Below, piece after piece: positions 14,605 to 23,804 of a stretch of DNA of 24,215 nt. Origin of the DNA: a virus (taxonomy: Duplodnaviria > Caudoviricetes); the IMG/VR virus record IMGVR_UViG_3300017784_008249, positions 1 through 24,215 of that record; one strand, 5' to 3'. Under the pieces are notes generated by a model. The model was not told the DNA's origin. It made no database searches and worked only from the letters and a program-made list of their open reading frames with translations. How positions within the stretch are numbered: the first letter of the stretch is position 1; each line of letters begins with the position of its first letter. A program made the translations under genes and the position numbers.

Positions 14605-15183
14605 ATGACAGCATTTGAATGTTATAAAGAATATTTGGCCATTAAAAATCATTTTTCTAAACAAGATTATGACTATTTTAAATATAACGGTAAACTTAAA
14701 ATAAATATTGATTCTTTTAATGCAAGGAAAGACAAATTATTTTTTCAAAAGTTAGCAAAACATTCTGACATTCATAATTTTTTAATTGCTAATTTTTCAG
14801 AAAATGAAAAACATTGGATTCGCGATCTTGCTTATAGCGAAATTGCAGAAAAAAACTATAAAAATTGGCTGAAACGTCAGCAGTCACTTTCATATATTTT
14901 TAAGCAGGAGCTTGGTAAATTAGATTTTGTCTTCAATAACAATTTTCTAGTTAAAAGTAATGAACATCCATTACTGCTTAAATTGTTTCTTGCTAAAGAA
15001 GTTAGTTTAGAAACATTGTGTTTGCTTTTAGAATTCTCTGATGCTAAGAAATATTGGGATTCTAAAATGCAATATGACTTGGTTTATGATTCTATCAGAA
15101 CTAAGATTGAGAAATACAATCCATTCATCAAATGTGATAGAGCAAAATTAAAAAAGATTGCGCTTGACTTTTTTGTTGAATAA
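14605..15183 (+). CDS. gp59: Helicase loader, T4 gp59-like
   Basis: Y..YLAIK.HF....YDYFKYNGK...F..RKDK.FF.KL, I..ETL and KY.PF motifs; synteny. Confidence 0.92.
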   Translation: MTAFECYKEYLAIKNHFSKQDYDYFKYNGKLKINIDSFNARKDKLFFQKLAKHSDIHNFLIANFSENEKHWIRDLAYSEIAEKNYKNWLKRQQSLSYIFKQELGKLDFVFNNNFLVKSNEHPLLLKLFLAKEVSLETLCLLLEFSDAKKYWDSKMQYDLVYDSIRTKIEKYNPFIKCDRAKLKKIALDFFVE

Positions 15184-15197
15184 TTGTATACTAAATA
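15164..15197 (+). promoter_or_regulatory. Gene 32 promoter (sigma70-type overlapping a late-like box)
   Basis: TTGACT(15164)-17 nt-TATACT(15187-15192), overlapping ACTAAATA (T4 late consensus TATAAATA). Confidence 0.7.
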
Positions 15198-15263
15198 ATG
15201 TTGCGAGTGAATAATCACTCAACATAAAAATACATTGCATATACAAACATACGGAGAATATAT

Positions 15264-16163
15264 ATGGTAGATTTTTCTAAACTTAAATCCAATTCTGGCA
15301 AAAAGTTTCTTGATGAACTCAATAAGAAACTTGCTAGTGTTTCTGGTAACGACAACAAGGGTTCCGACGATCGTTTTTGGAGCCCAACTGTAGATAAGGC
15401 TGGCAATGGCTATGCTGTTATCCATTTTCTCCCACCACCTCCAAATGAAGATGTTCCTTTTATTCGCATGTTCGATCATGGGTTTCAAGGTCCAGGTGGA
15501 TGGTATATTGAGAATTCTTTGACTACTCTTGGTAAAAATGATCCTGTTTCTGAATATAATACAAAACTTTGGAACAGTGGTGTTGAAGCCAATAAGGAAA
15601 TCGCTCGTAAACAGAAACGTCGGCTTCACTTTATCTCTAACATTTATATTGTTGAAGATACTGGTAATCCTGATAATAAGGGTAAGGTTTTCTTGTTTAA
15701 GTATGGTAAGAAAATTTTCGACAAACTTAACGATGCTATGAATCCTCAGTATCCTGATGATGAAGCTGTGAATCCTTTTGACCTTTGGGCTGGCGCAAAC
15801 TTTAAGCTAAAGATTCGTAATGTTGAAGGTTATCGTAATTATGACAAGTCTGAGTTCGATAAGGCTGTACCTTTGAAGGATGATGACTCTGAACTCGAAT
15901 CGATTTGGAAAAGCGAACATTCTCTTCAAGCATTCCTTGAACCAAGCAACTTTAAAAGCTATGATGAGCTCAAGGCTAAGTTGAATAAGGTTCTTGATGA
16001 AGATAGTGGTTTTTCTCGTTCAACTAAGGCTATTGATGAAGATCTTCCTTGGAATGAAGAGGTAGCTGCTCCAAAGCAAAAAGAAATAGCGGCTCCTAAA
16101 ATTTCAGCAATTGATGATGAAGATGATGAATCTTTAGAATTTTTTAAAAGTTTGACAAAATAA
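15264..16163 (+). CDS. gp32: Single-stranded DNA-binding protein, T4 gp32-like
   Basis: DDRFW.P..DKAGNGYAVI.FLP, HGFQGPGGWYIENS, GKVFLFKYGKKIFDK, NPFD.W.GANFKLK, YDKSEF, acidic tail. Confidence 0.97.
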   Translation: MVDFSKLKSNSGKKFLDELNKKLASVSGNDNKGSDDRFWSPTVDKAGNGYAVIHFLPPPPNEDVPFIRMFDHGFQGPGGWYIENSLTTLGKNDPVSEYNTKLWNSGVEANKEIARKQKRRLHFISNIYIVEDTGNPDNKGKVFLFKYGKKIFDKLNDAMNPQYPDDEAVNPFDLWAGANFKLKIRNVEGYRNYDKSEFDKAVPLKDDDSELESIWKSEHSLQAFLEPSNFKSYDELKAKLNKVLDEDSGFSRSTKAIDEDLPWNEEVAAPKQKEIAAPKISAIDDEDDESLEFFKSLTK

Positions 16164-16168
16164 TATTT

Positions 16169-16196
16169 AAAAAGAGCCTAATAGGCTCTTTTTTTT
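16169..16196. terminator. Bidirectional intrinsic terminator between convergent genes
   Basis: AAAAAGAGCCT-AAT-AGGCTCTTTTTTTT. Confidence 0.85.
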
Positions 16197-18162
16197 ATGC
16201 TACATTTAAATTTCTGGAAGCCCAAGTTAAATTTTTCGTAGCATTATCATCTGGTCTTAGTACTGCTATTCTTGGAGCCCAAGATGCTCTTGTTGAAGTA
16301 TCAAATGATTGATTCACATCAGATGACATTTGTTGTCCTTGCATATTTTGATTATTAACAATTACAGGAGCAGGAGCAGAAACATAAGATTTGTTAATTT
16401 GGTCATTTTCGCGCGAAACAGCTGTACTTGATATCGCATTTGCACGATTTTCCAATGAGTCGTTTTCAATGTTTAAATTTGGATTGATAGATGAGTTTAT
16501 AGGTTTCTGTCCAACACTTGGAGCAGATGTCTGTCCAACACTTGGAGCAGATGTCTGTCCAACACTTGGAGCAGATGGTTCTTGTTCAGATTGTTCATAA
16601 TTTATTAATCCTTCTTGTATTGGTGTCTCACCAGTACCTATACTTCCAGGTGATAACCCAAAATAAGATGAAATTGAATCAGATAAATTAGCGCCGGACA
16701 TACCTAACAAACTATACAATTCATCTAAATTAGGATACATACCGCCACCCATGCCTGATGAACCTTTATCAGAAGACATATCTTTATTCGAATAAACACC
16801 ACTTGAGGCTCCAGAAAGCCAATCAGCTCCACCCCATGACGCAGAACTACCAAACCCAACGTGTATATTTGATGGTCCCATATATGAATGACCAGCTCCA
16901 ACACCTGTTGCACCAGCAGAAACAGCAGCTGAAACAAATTTAGCCATTATTTTTTTATCTTCTTCGTTTGTATCAGAAAGTATACGACCTCCTTTAGTTA
17001 AATAAAGGTCTGCTGCATTTCCATCATCGTGTCTTGTAGAACCTGTTCTAGAACCACTTCCTGATTCTAATGAAGGTTGCCCTCCCGAATATACAACGGC
17101 GTCTGCACCAGCTGCAGAAGCTGCTTGCTCTAACACCTTAACAAGATTTTGACTTAATGGCATTTTTCTTATTCCTGCCAATTCATTTTGTTTTTCGATA
17201 ACCTTACCGCCTCTATTGCCCATCACATCATTTTGCGGCTGTATTTCGTATGGTGGTGTTAAACTTGCCATTTGACCAATATTATTTTTTTGTTCTGAAA
17301 AAGGCTGATCACTTTCAGGAAGAAATTGTTGATACATTCCGTTTTTGTAAACAGACCAAGCATCAAATCCTTGTTCATCAAATACTTTTTTAGCAGCAGC
17401 TGCATTAACTTTTGGATCGAAAAGCTCTTCATTTGAATTTAAATTATTTTTTTGTCTTCTTTCTTGCCCCATTCCACCAAGCATATTAATTTGCCACAAA
17501 CCATAAGAATTATCTCTTCCTTTATCATTATGTGCTATTGGATTTCCTGAAGATTCTGCGGCTGCAATTGCACCCATTATTCTAGCTTGTTCATCACTAA
17601 ACCCAGCTTCTTTTGCTATTTTAGACATTTCATTTACTGATAAATTACCATTTCCGCCAGTGTCTTTACCGCCACCACGAAGATTACTACTTTCGCCAGT
17701 GTCTTTACCGCCACCAAGAAGATTACTACTTTCGCCTAATATAACAGCAGCACCAATAGCGGCTCCTCCAACAGCAGCAGCTCCAGCTGGTATTATTGAT
17801 CCTATTCCAAAATCCCGTTGGTTTGAAGGAGAAACACTATCTTGGTTAACCATTGATGCAAATAAATTAGATAATTTTTTTAATTCTAATGCCATATTTT
17901 CTTGAATAGAAATAGACTGTCTTAATAAAGAATTTGTTACGTCAATTTTTGAAGATGAATTATTAATTGAATTTTCAAGGTTTCTTAAAGATCCTGCTTG
18001 TCTATTTGACGATTCTCTAGAAGAAGAAAAAGAAGAATATAAATCTTTAAGAACTGAAGAAATATTTTTGTTACTTCTTACAGCCTCTTCTTTAAATTCT
18101 CTTGTATGGGTAGCTTGCGCACCCAACATGTTTTTCATAGAATTTAGTAAAACTTCAACCAT
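16195..18162 (-). CDS. Tail/baseplate hub or tape-measure-like protein with a lytic transglycosylase-like domain and a peptidase M15-like domain
   Basis: N-terminal coiled coil; AIAAAESSGNP...SYGLWQIN...FDPKVNA.AA...GFDAWS (SLT/lysozyme-like); GSTRHDDGNAAD...IHVG (H-x6-D...H, M15-like); position after gp26/gp51. Confidence 0.75.
   Translation of the reverse strand: MVEVLLNSMKNMLGAQATHTREFKEEAVRSNKNISSVLKDLYSSFSSSRESSNRQAGSLRNLENSINNSSSKIDVTNSLLRQSISIQENMALELKKLSNLFASMVNQDSVSPSNQRDFGIGSIIPAGAAAVGGAAIGAAVILGESSNLLGGGKDTGESSNLRGGGKDTGGNGNLSVNEMSKIAKEAGFSDEQARIMGAIAAAESSGNPIAHNDKGRDNSYGLWQINMLGGMGQERRQKNNLNSNEELFDPKVNAAAAKKVFDEQGFDAWSVYKNGMYQQFLPESDQPFSEQKNNIGQMASLTPPYEIQPQNDVMGNRGGKVIEKQNELAGIRKMPLSQNLVKVLEQAASAAGADAVVYSGGQPSLESGSGSRTGSTRHDDGNAADLYLTKGGRILSDTNEEDKKIMAKFVSAAVSAGATGVGAGHSYMGPSNIHVGFGSSASWGGADWLSGASSGVYSNKDMSSDKGSSGMGGGMYPNLDELYSLLGMSGANLSDSISSYFGLSPGSIGTGETPIQEGLINYEQSEQEPSAPSVGQTSAPSVGQTSAPSVGQKPINSSINPNLNIENDSLENRANAISSTAVSRENDQINKSYVSAPAPVIVNNQNMQGQQMSSDVNQSFDTSTRASWAPRIAVLRPDDNATKNLTWASRNLNVA
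16506..16577. repeat. 3 x 24-bp coding tandem repeat (SAPSVGQT)
   Basis: TCTGTCCAACACTTGGAGCAGATG exact x3. Confidence 0.95.
17655..17736. repeat. 2 x 39-bp coding tandem repeat (GESSNL[L/R]GGGKDT)
   Basis: Units 17655-17693 and 17694-17732 differ at 1 position. Confidence 0.95.
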
Positions 18163-18339
18163 TTAATTATTTTTTCTGTTTTCTTCGATTTGTTTTAAAT
18201 ATGTCATTAACATGTCTACATAAATGTCACGTTCAAATGGTATAAGATTTTCAATTTCAGTTATAGAATATTTATGGTGCTGAGCTAACGCAAATATCAT
18301 TTTATAATAAGATGTTAAAGAGTTATGACTCAGCGCCAA
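18163..18339 (-). CDS. gp51: Short gp51-like baseplate hub assembly protein (LALSHNSLTSYYKMIFALAQHHKYSITEIENLIPFERDIYVDMLMTYLKQIEENRKNN)
   Basis: Read manually, absent from the ORF track; HxSLxxYY...FAL.QHHKYS.TEIEN.IP.ER.IY motif; possible starts TTG 18339 or ATG 18300, or entry by -1 frameshift. Confidence 0.85.
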   Translation of the reverse strand: MALSHNSLTSYYKMIFALAQHHKYSITEIENLIPFERDIYVDMLMTYLKQIEENRKNN

Positions 18340-19040
18340 GTAAAAAAATCATTTAACGAATTGAAAAAAATCTCTCTTTTTGTTCCTTTTTTATTTTCAT
18401 ATTTTATTACATGATGAATTTTGGGTGTGTTAATAAGAAATTCATTTACTTTTTTAAATACATCAATGTTTAAATTTTCAACAAAAGTTTCTAATTCTTT
18501 TCTAGGAATATCTTTAATTTCATATAAATCTTCGTCTTCATATATTTTATCTAAACATTTTAATATTAATTCAAAATAATGATTATTTTCAATTTCAAAA
18601 AATTCTTTATCTTCATAAAGAGATGCGGATGGATATTTTAAAATTAATCCAACATTTTTTGTTATTTTAATAATTTTGTCATTTTTTTCACTAGGAAAAA
18701 TAACTTCAATTTCATTTAAATCAATTTCAAAATCATAAATTTGATTATCTTCTTGATCTTTATAACTAATTTTTACAATACTATCAACTGAAAAACATCT
18801 AATTTTTAAAAAAATGTATTCTAAATCAAAAACAGCTAATTTATTAATATCTAAATTAACATCAACACAACAGTTTGTAACAATTTGTTTAATTGCAACA
18901 AAAATATCAAAATTATTTTTGCTTTCTTTAGCCATTAACAATATTTTTTCTTCTTTAACCAATAAAGGTCTAAAATTGTAATTTTTTTGTAAAGAAGGTA
19001 TTTTTATTTTATAAATTGGATGTTCAATTTTAGGTAACAT
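18330..19040 (-). CDS. gp26: Baseplate hub assembly protein, gp26-like
   Basis: MLPKI..P.Y...IPS.....FRP.LVKEEKILLMA.ES, FDLEYIFLKIR..SV, LKYP, terminal L.DFF; GAGG RBS. Confidence 0.9.
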   Translation of the reverse strand: MLPKIEHPIYKIKIPSLQKNYNFRPLLVKEEKILLMAKESKNNFDIFVAIKQIVTNCCVDVNLDINKLAVFDLEYIFLKIRCFSVDSIVKISYKDQEDNQIYDFEIDLNEIEVIFPSEKNDKIIKITKNVGLILKYPSASLYEDKEFFEIENNHYFELILKCLDKIYEDEDLYEIKDIPRKELETFVENLNIDVFKKVNEFLINTPKIHHVIKYENKKGTKREIFFNSLNDFFTWR

Positions 19041-19085
19041 AATGTCCTCACTTCTATAATATGTTTATTGGTGTTAATTTTAGAG

Positions 19086-19733
19086 TTAAAATGAAAAATT
19101 TAAAAAATCAGAAAATCCAGATCCTACAACTGTATATGATGAATATGTTATAGAAACTGATATTCTTAACAAATTTGTGTTATCATCCCAAGAGAGGGGT
19201 ATTTGCTTAATCGAAGATGGAAAAGCATTATACAAATTAATTTTTTTTATTTCGTTGCCTTGATCGTCATACATTACAATCATCATATTTGTAGAATAAT
19301 CATCTTTGTATTTTACACTATACGATGGTAATGTTCCACTAAAAAATAAACTATTTTCTGAACTTTCTGCGCCATTGAAATTAACAATTGAATTTATCCA
19401 ATTGTACCAAAAATCCCAAATATCAGTGTTTCTGTCTAAAAGAATAGAAAATGTCGTATCCAAATACTGAGCATTATATGGCATTTTTTGAGTTGGGCCA
19501 ACACCGTATAACCTTACATCTGAAGAAAGTAATGAAACTCCAGGAACATCAACTTGTTCAATTCTGTATCTTAGTATACGGTTTAAATTAAAAACATTTA
19601 TTTCTCTACCAAAAACATTTAATAAAGAATTTTCTAAAATTTTTGGGGCTTGAATAAAAACTTCAAATTTGTTTCTTTTTGCATATCCTAAACTAGATAT
19701 ATTTTGTCTTATTGATTCTATGTTAAATGCCAT
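19086..19733 (-). CDS. gp54: Baseplate-tail tube initiator (gp54, tail-tube fold)
   Basis: N.FEV.I..P, VPG, YG.GP..KMPY...Y, YKDDY, AFP.SI..I.L.WD motifs; synteny. Confidence 0.75.
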   Translation of the reverse strand: MAFNIESIRQNISSLGYAKRNKFEVFIQAPKILENSLLNVFGREINVFNLNRILRYRIEQVDVPGVSLLSSDVRLYGVGPTQKMPYNAQYLDTTFSILLDRNTDIWDFWYNWINSIVNFNGAESSENSLFFSGTLPSYSVKYKDDYSTNMMIVMYDDQGNEIKKINLYNAFPSSIKQIPLSWDDNTNLLRISVSITYSSYTVVGSGFSDFLNFSF

Positions 19734-19745
19734 TTTTTTTGTTAC

Positions 19746-20312
19746 TCAGTATGGAGGAGAGTTAGCATATTTTTTGTTTGGATTTACAATCCATCTTTGT
19801 AATGGAAGCATTACAGTTTTATCCCAATCTTCAGCAAAAACTTGATGAAATTGACTTCTTACATTAGCGTAAAGGTATCTTTTTATACACCCCTCAATAC
19901 CAGAAAATTGTCGAGAGTAAGATACAATTATTTCATAAGATATATTTAATTTTGTTTTTTCATTATATTTATCATCACTAGAAAGTTTTTTTAATTTGCT
20001 CATTAAAGAGGCTCTTGCTATGGGAGGAAGATAATGAAGATTAATACCCAAAAACCCATTACTATAAAATTCTACAGGAAACACTAATGGGTGTGCATCA
20101 TAATATGGAAGAACATTTTTATATTTTGGATCATAAGAAAACATATACATATTTCCTACAGTCGGAGTGGCTGATTGGAAAAATACTTTTAAAGGATTTT
20201 TTAATTTTTGTACTTTGTCTTTAAAAAAATCACCAGCCTGTTTTAGAGATTCCTGTATATTTTGTCTAGCATATGTGAGCTTTTCTATAAACAGATCATG
20301 ATCATCTACCAT
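19746..20312 (-). CDS. gp2: DNA end protector protein, T4 gp2-like
   Basis: G.MYMF.YDPKYK..LPYYD..PLVF, GFLGINLHYLP...R, CIKRYL motifs. Confidence 0.93.
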   Translation of the reverse strand: MVDDHDLFIEKLTYARQNIQESLKQAGDFFKDKVQKLKNPLKVFFQSATPTVGNMYMFSYDPKYKNVLPYYDAHPLVFPVEFYSNGFLGINLHYLPPIARASLMSKLKKLSSDDKYNEKTKLNISYEIIVSYSRQFSGIEGCIKRYLYANVRSQFHQVFAEDWDKTVMLPLQRWIVNPNKKYANSPPY

Positions 20313-20752
20313 TATTTAATTCCTAATTCTTTTTCTGTAAATATATAAAAAGACCAACCTCTGTCTTTACAAAATTCTTTAGCTGCTTTCCATTTAGAGT
20401 CATTAACGCCCCAATTTTTAACTTCAGTAAGGTATTTTTTTGACATTTTTTCTTTTGTTTGTGGAGGCATAGTTTGTTTTAATGGTTTAACTTCTATTAT
20501 AGCAGTTTCTTTTTTACCATCTTTATTTATTTTAGTGACTTTAAAATCAGGAAAATATCTGTGTATTTTACCATCTATAGGAGATCTGTATGGTATAATT
20601 ATTTCTTCTGAACACCAGCTAATAACATCTGAATGATTATCTAAATAAAACATAAGTTTTAATTCCCAACTTGACCTATAAATAACATTTGTAGGATCGC
20701 CTTTATATTTTTGAGGATTTTTAGGTTTAAAAAAACCTTGGTATTTTGTCAT
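20312..20752 (-). CDS. gp4: Head completion nuclease, T4 gp4-like (TnsA-like)
   Basis: FKPKNP.KYKGDP...IYRS.WE, W.SEE..IPY.SP.D...HRYFPDF, EVKP..Q, N..KW.AA motifs. Confidence 0.95.
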   Translation of the reverse strand: MTKYQGFFKPKNPQKYKGDPTNVIYRSSWELKLMFYLDNHSDVISWCSEEIIIPYRSPIDGKIHRYFPDFKVTKINKDGKKETAIIEVKPLKQTMPPQTKEKMSKKYLTEVKNWGVNDSKWKAAKEFCKDRGWSFYIFTEKELGIK

Positions 20753-20761
20753 ATTTTTATA

Positions 20762-20799
20762 TATAAATAATGGGTTAAAGCCTATAATGTATATTTATA
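20762..20799. promoter_or_regulatory. Face-to-face pair of T4-type late promoters
   Basis: TATAAATA on + at 20762-20769 (towards gp48) and on - at 20799-20792 (towards gp4). Confidence 0.8.
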
Positions 20800-20809
20800 A
20801 AGGATAAAA

Positions 20810-21655
20810 ATGTTTTCTGTTTTTACTGATGCACCTAATTTTCCTATTCCACCACAAAAACAGTTCAGATTTCTTAGCATGCCAAATGATTTGCAAGCTA
20901 ATAAAAGAAACTATTATACAGAAATATTTTTTCAAAAGTTTACAACTGCTAGTTATAAAAATGTTAATAATCCATTATCCGCATTACCCACATCTATAAC
21001 TGATTTGTTTAACAATTTAAACAATCTAATTCCTGATGTTCTTACAGGCGGTGGTGCTGAATCATCATTTGCAAGTAGTGGTTCAACAGCTATAAGATTA
21101 CCTATTCCAACTAAAGTTAACGATAGGCTAACTTTAAGTTGGCAAAATCAATCTGTTTTGCAACTTGCTGGTAGATCATTGAGCAATATAGCTCCAGGTC
21201 TTTCAAGTGCATTAACTGCAGCTGGTTCATTAGCAGGAGCTGGATTAGCATTAGCTGGCAAAGCACTAAATCCATTATTATTTCAACAATTTAATAATCA
21301 AAATTTTAGAGAGTTTGCATTTGAATGGGATTTAGCTCCAAAAAATGAACAAGAATCTGCAACTGTTAAAGATATTATAGATATAATTAAAGGAGCTTCT
21401 TTACCTTCTTTTGGATTTCCATTTCAAGATTATCCTCTTATTGCAATGGTTAAAATGTATCCTAATAATTTAAACAATCATATTATTTTTAAACCAATGG
21501 CAGTAACAGGAATTTCTGCAAATTATACATCAAACGGACCATCTTTCTTTGAAGAAACTAGATTTACCTCTGGAGCTCCTACAGTCATAGCATTAACAGT
21601 AGCGTTTACAGAAATTAAACTTTGGTATAGGAATGCTGATGGTAAACCATATTAA
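20810..21655 (+). CDS. gp48: Baseplate tail tube cap, T4 gp48-like
   Basis: LP.P....D....W, NP.....F....FR.F.F.W.LAPKN.QES, L...F.E motifs; synteny before gp53. Confidence 0.8.
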   Translation: MFSVFTDAPNFPIPPQKQFRFLSMPNDLQANKRNYYTEIFFQKFTTASYKNVNNPLSALPTSITDLFNNLNNLIPDVLTGGGAESSFASSGSTAIRLPIPTKVNDRLTLSWQNQSVLQLAGRSLSNIAPGLSSALTAAGSLAGAGLALAGKALNPLLFQQFNNQNFREFAFEWDLAPKNEQESATVKDIIDIIKGASLPSFGFPFQDYPLIAMVKMYPNNLNNHIIFKPMAVTGISANYTSNGPSFFEETRFTSGAPTVIALTVAFTEIKLWYRNADGKPY

Positions 21656-21666
21656 TCGGAAAAAAA

Positions 21667-22545
21667 ATGTCAAAAGATAGATATTTCTCAAAATTCCCAA
21701 TTATTAATTATTCTAATAATAATGTTATTGATATAACAAAACGTGTAAAATTTTTAGATAAAGTTTCTAGAAATCCTTATATATTTTATCCATATGATAT
21801 CAGTATTGGCGATGAAAGAGCAGAACAATTTAGCTCAAGATATTATCTTGATTCATATAAAAGTTGGATATTATATTTAACAAATGAAATTTATGATCCA
21901 TATTATGAATGGCATCTTAATGACGTAGAATTTAATGAATTTATTACAAAAAAATATGGATCAGTTTCTGATCCAAAACAAAAAATTTATTTTTACAGAA
22001 ATAATTGGTCAGCACAAGAAAATATAAACAAAAATGTGTATGGAACTTTAACTGATAATTTAAAAAAATATTGGGAACCAAATTATGGAATGAATAATTC
22101 AATTATAGATTATTCAAGAAAACAAATTGATTTTACAACGAGCACAAACAGAATAATGTCTTATTCTGTTTCTAATACTTCATTTATAAGTGATGAAATT
22201 GTTGAAATTTATTTAGATAGAATATCTTTAGGTACAGGTCAATTTATTAAATCGTCAAATACAGAAATATATGTTCAACACGTTTCTGGTTTTTATGATG
22301 AAAGTGATACTTTAAGTATTTCTAGTGGATACATATATGGTACAAAAAGTTTTGTCAATACCTCTGTAACTGAAGTAAACTCTATTACAACAAATATACC
22401 GGATGATGAGTTGAATTATTATACAGCAATTTCATATTATGATTATGAAGAAGAAAAAAATGATTACAATAGTTCTATAAAAGTTATTGAAAAAAATTAC
22501 ACTGAACAAATTATTAATAATTTTAATGAATTAATGGGAGAGTAA
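21667..22545 (+). CDS. gp53: Baseplate wedge protein, T4 gp53-like
   Basis: YFS.FP.I.Y, ER.EQ....YY......W.....N...DPY.EW, I..KYGS, YDYE...ND....IK motifs. Confidence 0.85.
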   Translation: MSKDRYFSKFPIINYSNNNVIDITKRVKFLDKVSRNPYIFYPYDISIGDERAEQFSSRYYLDSYKSWILYLTNEIYDPYYEWHLNDVEFNEFITKKYGSVSDPKQKIYFYRNNWSAQENINKNVYGTLTDNLKKYWEPNYGMNNSIIDYSRKQIDFTTSTNRIMSYSVSNTSFISDEIVEIYLDRISLGTGQFIKSSNTEIYVQHVSGFYDESDTLSISSGYIYGTKSFVNTSVTEVNSITTNIPDDELNYYTAISYYDYEEEKNDYNSSIKVIEKNYTEQIINNFNELMGE

Positions 22546-22547
22546 AA

Positions 22548-23792
22548 TTGGCTTTGGTTCCAGGTGATATATCTTTTAGTGTTCTGACTATAGGACAATT
22601 AGATTTAATAAGAAGTGAAGCAGGATTTCAAGAAATTAGTATATATGAAGATATTAATGATCCATTTGGAAGCCCTTTGATTGAAATAAATGTAATTGAT
22701 CCAATCGACGCTTTGAACAAATATAAAATAACTGGTTCTTACGACGAAAATCCAATAGAAATTAAATTTAAATATGAACTTACTGGAGAAATTGTTGGAT
22801 TTAAAGGAAAAATGCATTCACTTACAAATTTAAAAGACAATTCTTCTAACAAAGAAGGTTCTTTAAAATCTAAAACATACCAAATAAGAGGTATTCAAGA
22901 AGAATATTTCAAAGCACAAACTACTGTTGAGAAACATTTTTCGATGGCACCAACTACTTCTCATGTTGAAAAAATATTCAAAGAAACAATAAAAACTGAA
23001 AAACTATTAGAAACTAGATCTCCTTCTGAACCAAGAGAAATGACATTTGGTGGAGAACATACAATTGATGTTATTCAAAAAATAATGAATCATCATACAT
23101 CAACACAATATGATTCTTCAGCATACGTGATATTTCAAGAGTGGAAAAATGGAAATTGTAAAATTATACAAACAACTTATGAACAATTATTTGAACAATC
23201 TCCAGTTGCTAAACTTAAAGAAAACACAACACTAAATTCAGATAGAGTTTCTATACAAGATGCACAAAATTCTATATTATATTCTGAATTTGATCCATCT
23301 TGGTCAGAAATAAGACCTATAAGTCAAGGCACTAAATTAATTTCATTTAACAATTCAACTCATACTGTTGTAGACCAAAACTATAGAGAGGATACTCCTT
23401 CAAAAACTCCTGCATGGAAACAACAATCTAGTTATAGCAGCAAAGAACATGCATATTATGTTGAGACTGCAGAAGATGGTTTTAATAATGGTCAAAAACA
23501 TACAAATTCTGAAGCTAAAAGAAAAAGAACTCAATATCTTTCTCATTTAGCGCAGGGTAATGGTAAAATTCAAATTCCTGGAAATCCAAAAATATCTGTT
23601 GGTTCTATAGTTGAACTAGATATACAAAAGAAAACTGACCAGAATGAATTTGGTGGAGAAGGTCAATTTAACAAAAAAGCTTTAGTTGTTTCTATAAAAC
23701 ATGTAATTAAACGAGCTGGAGAAAATCCAAGATATGTTATGACACTTGAATTGATAAAAGCTGGAATGGAATTTGGTGGAAATTCTGCATAA
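22548..23792 (+). CDS. Probable baseplate hub protein (gp27-like)
   Basis: GGGAG RBS with TTG start; SIYEDI near the N-terminus and IPGNP.I.VG..V.L...V.SIKH.I at the C-terminus; lies between gp53 and gp5. Confidence 0.65.
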   Translation: MALVPGDISFSVLTIGQLDLIRSEAGFQEISIYEDINDPFGSPLIEINVIDPIDALNKYKITGSYDENPIEIKFKYELTGEIVGFKGKMHSLTNLKDNSSNKEGSLKSKTYQIRGIQEEYFKAQTTVEKHFSMAPTTSHVEKIFKETIKTEKLLETRSPSEPREMTFGGEHTIDVIQKIMNHHTSTQYDSSAYVIFQEWKNGNCKIIQTTYEQLFEQSPVAKLKENTTLNSDRVSIQDAQNSILYSEFDPSWSEIRPISQGTKLISFNNSTHTVVDQNYREDTPSKTPAWKQQSSYSSKEHAYYVETAEDGFNNGQKHTNSEAKRKRTQYLSHLAQGNGKIQIPGNPKISVGSIVELDIQKKTDQNEFGGEGQFNKKALVVSIKHVIKRAGENPRYVMTLELIKAGMEFGGNSA

Positions 23793-23804
23793 AAGGAAAA
23801 TAAA

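Noticed and set aside
20312-20752. TnsA transposase or mobile element
   Set aside because: The TnsA-like fold is the normal T4 gp4 head completion protein in its usual gp2/gp48 context
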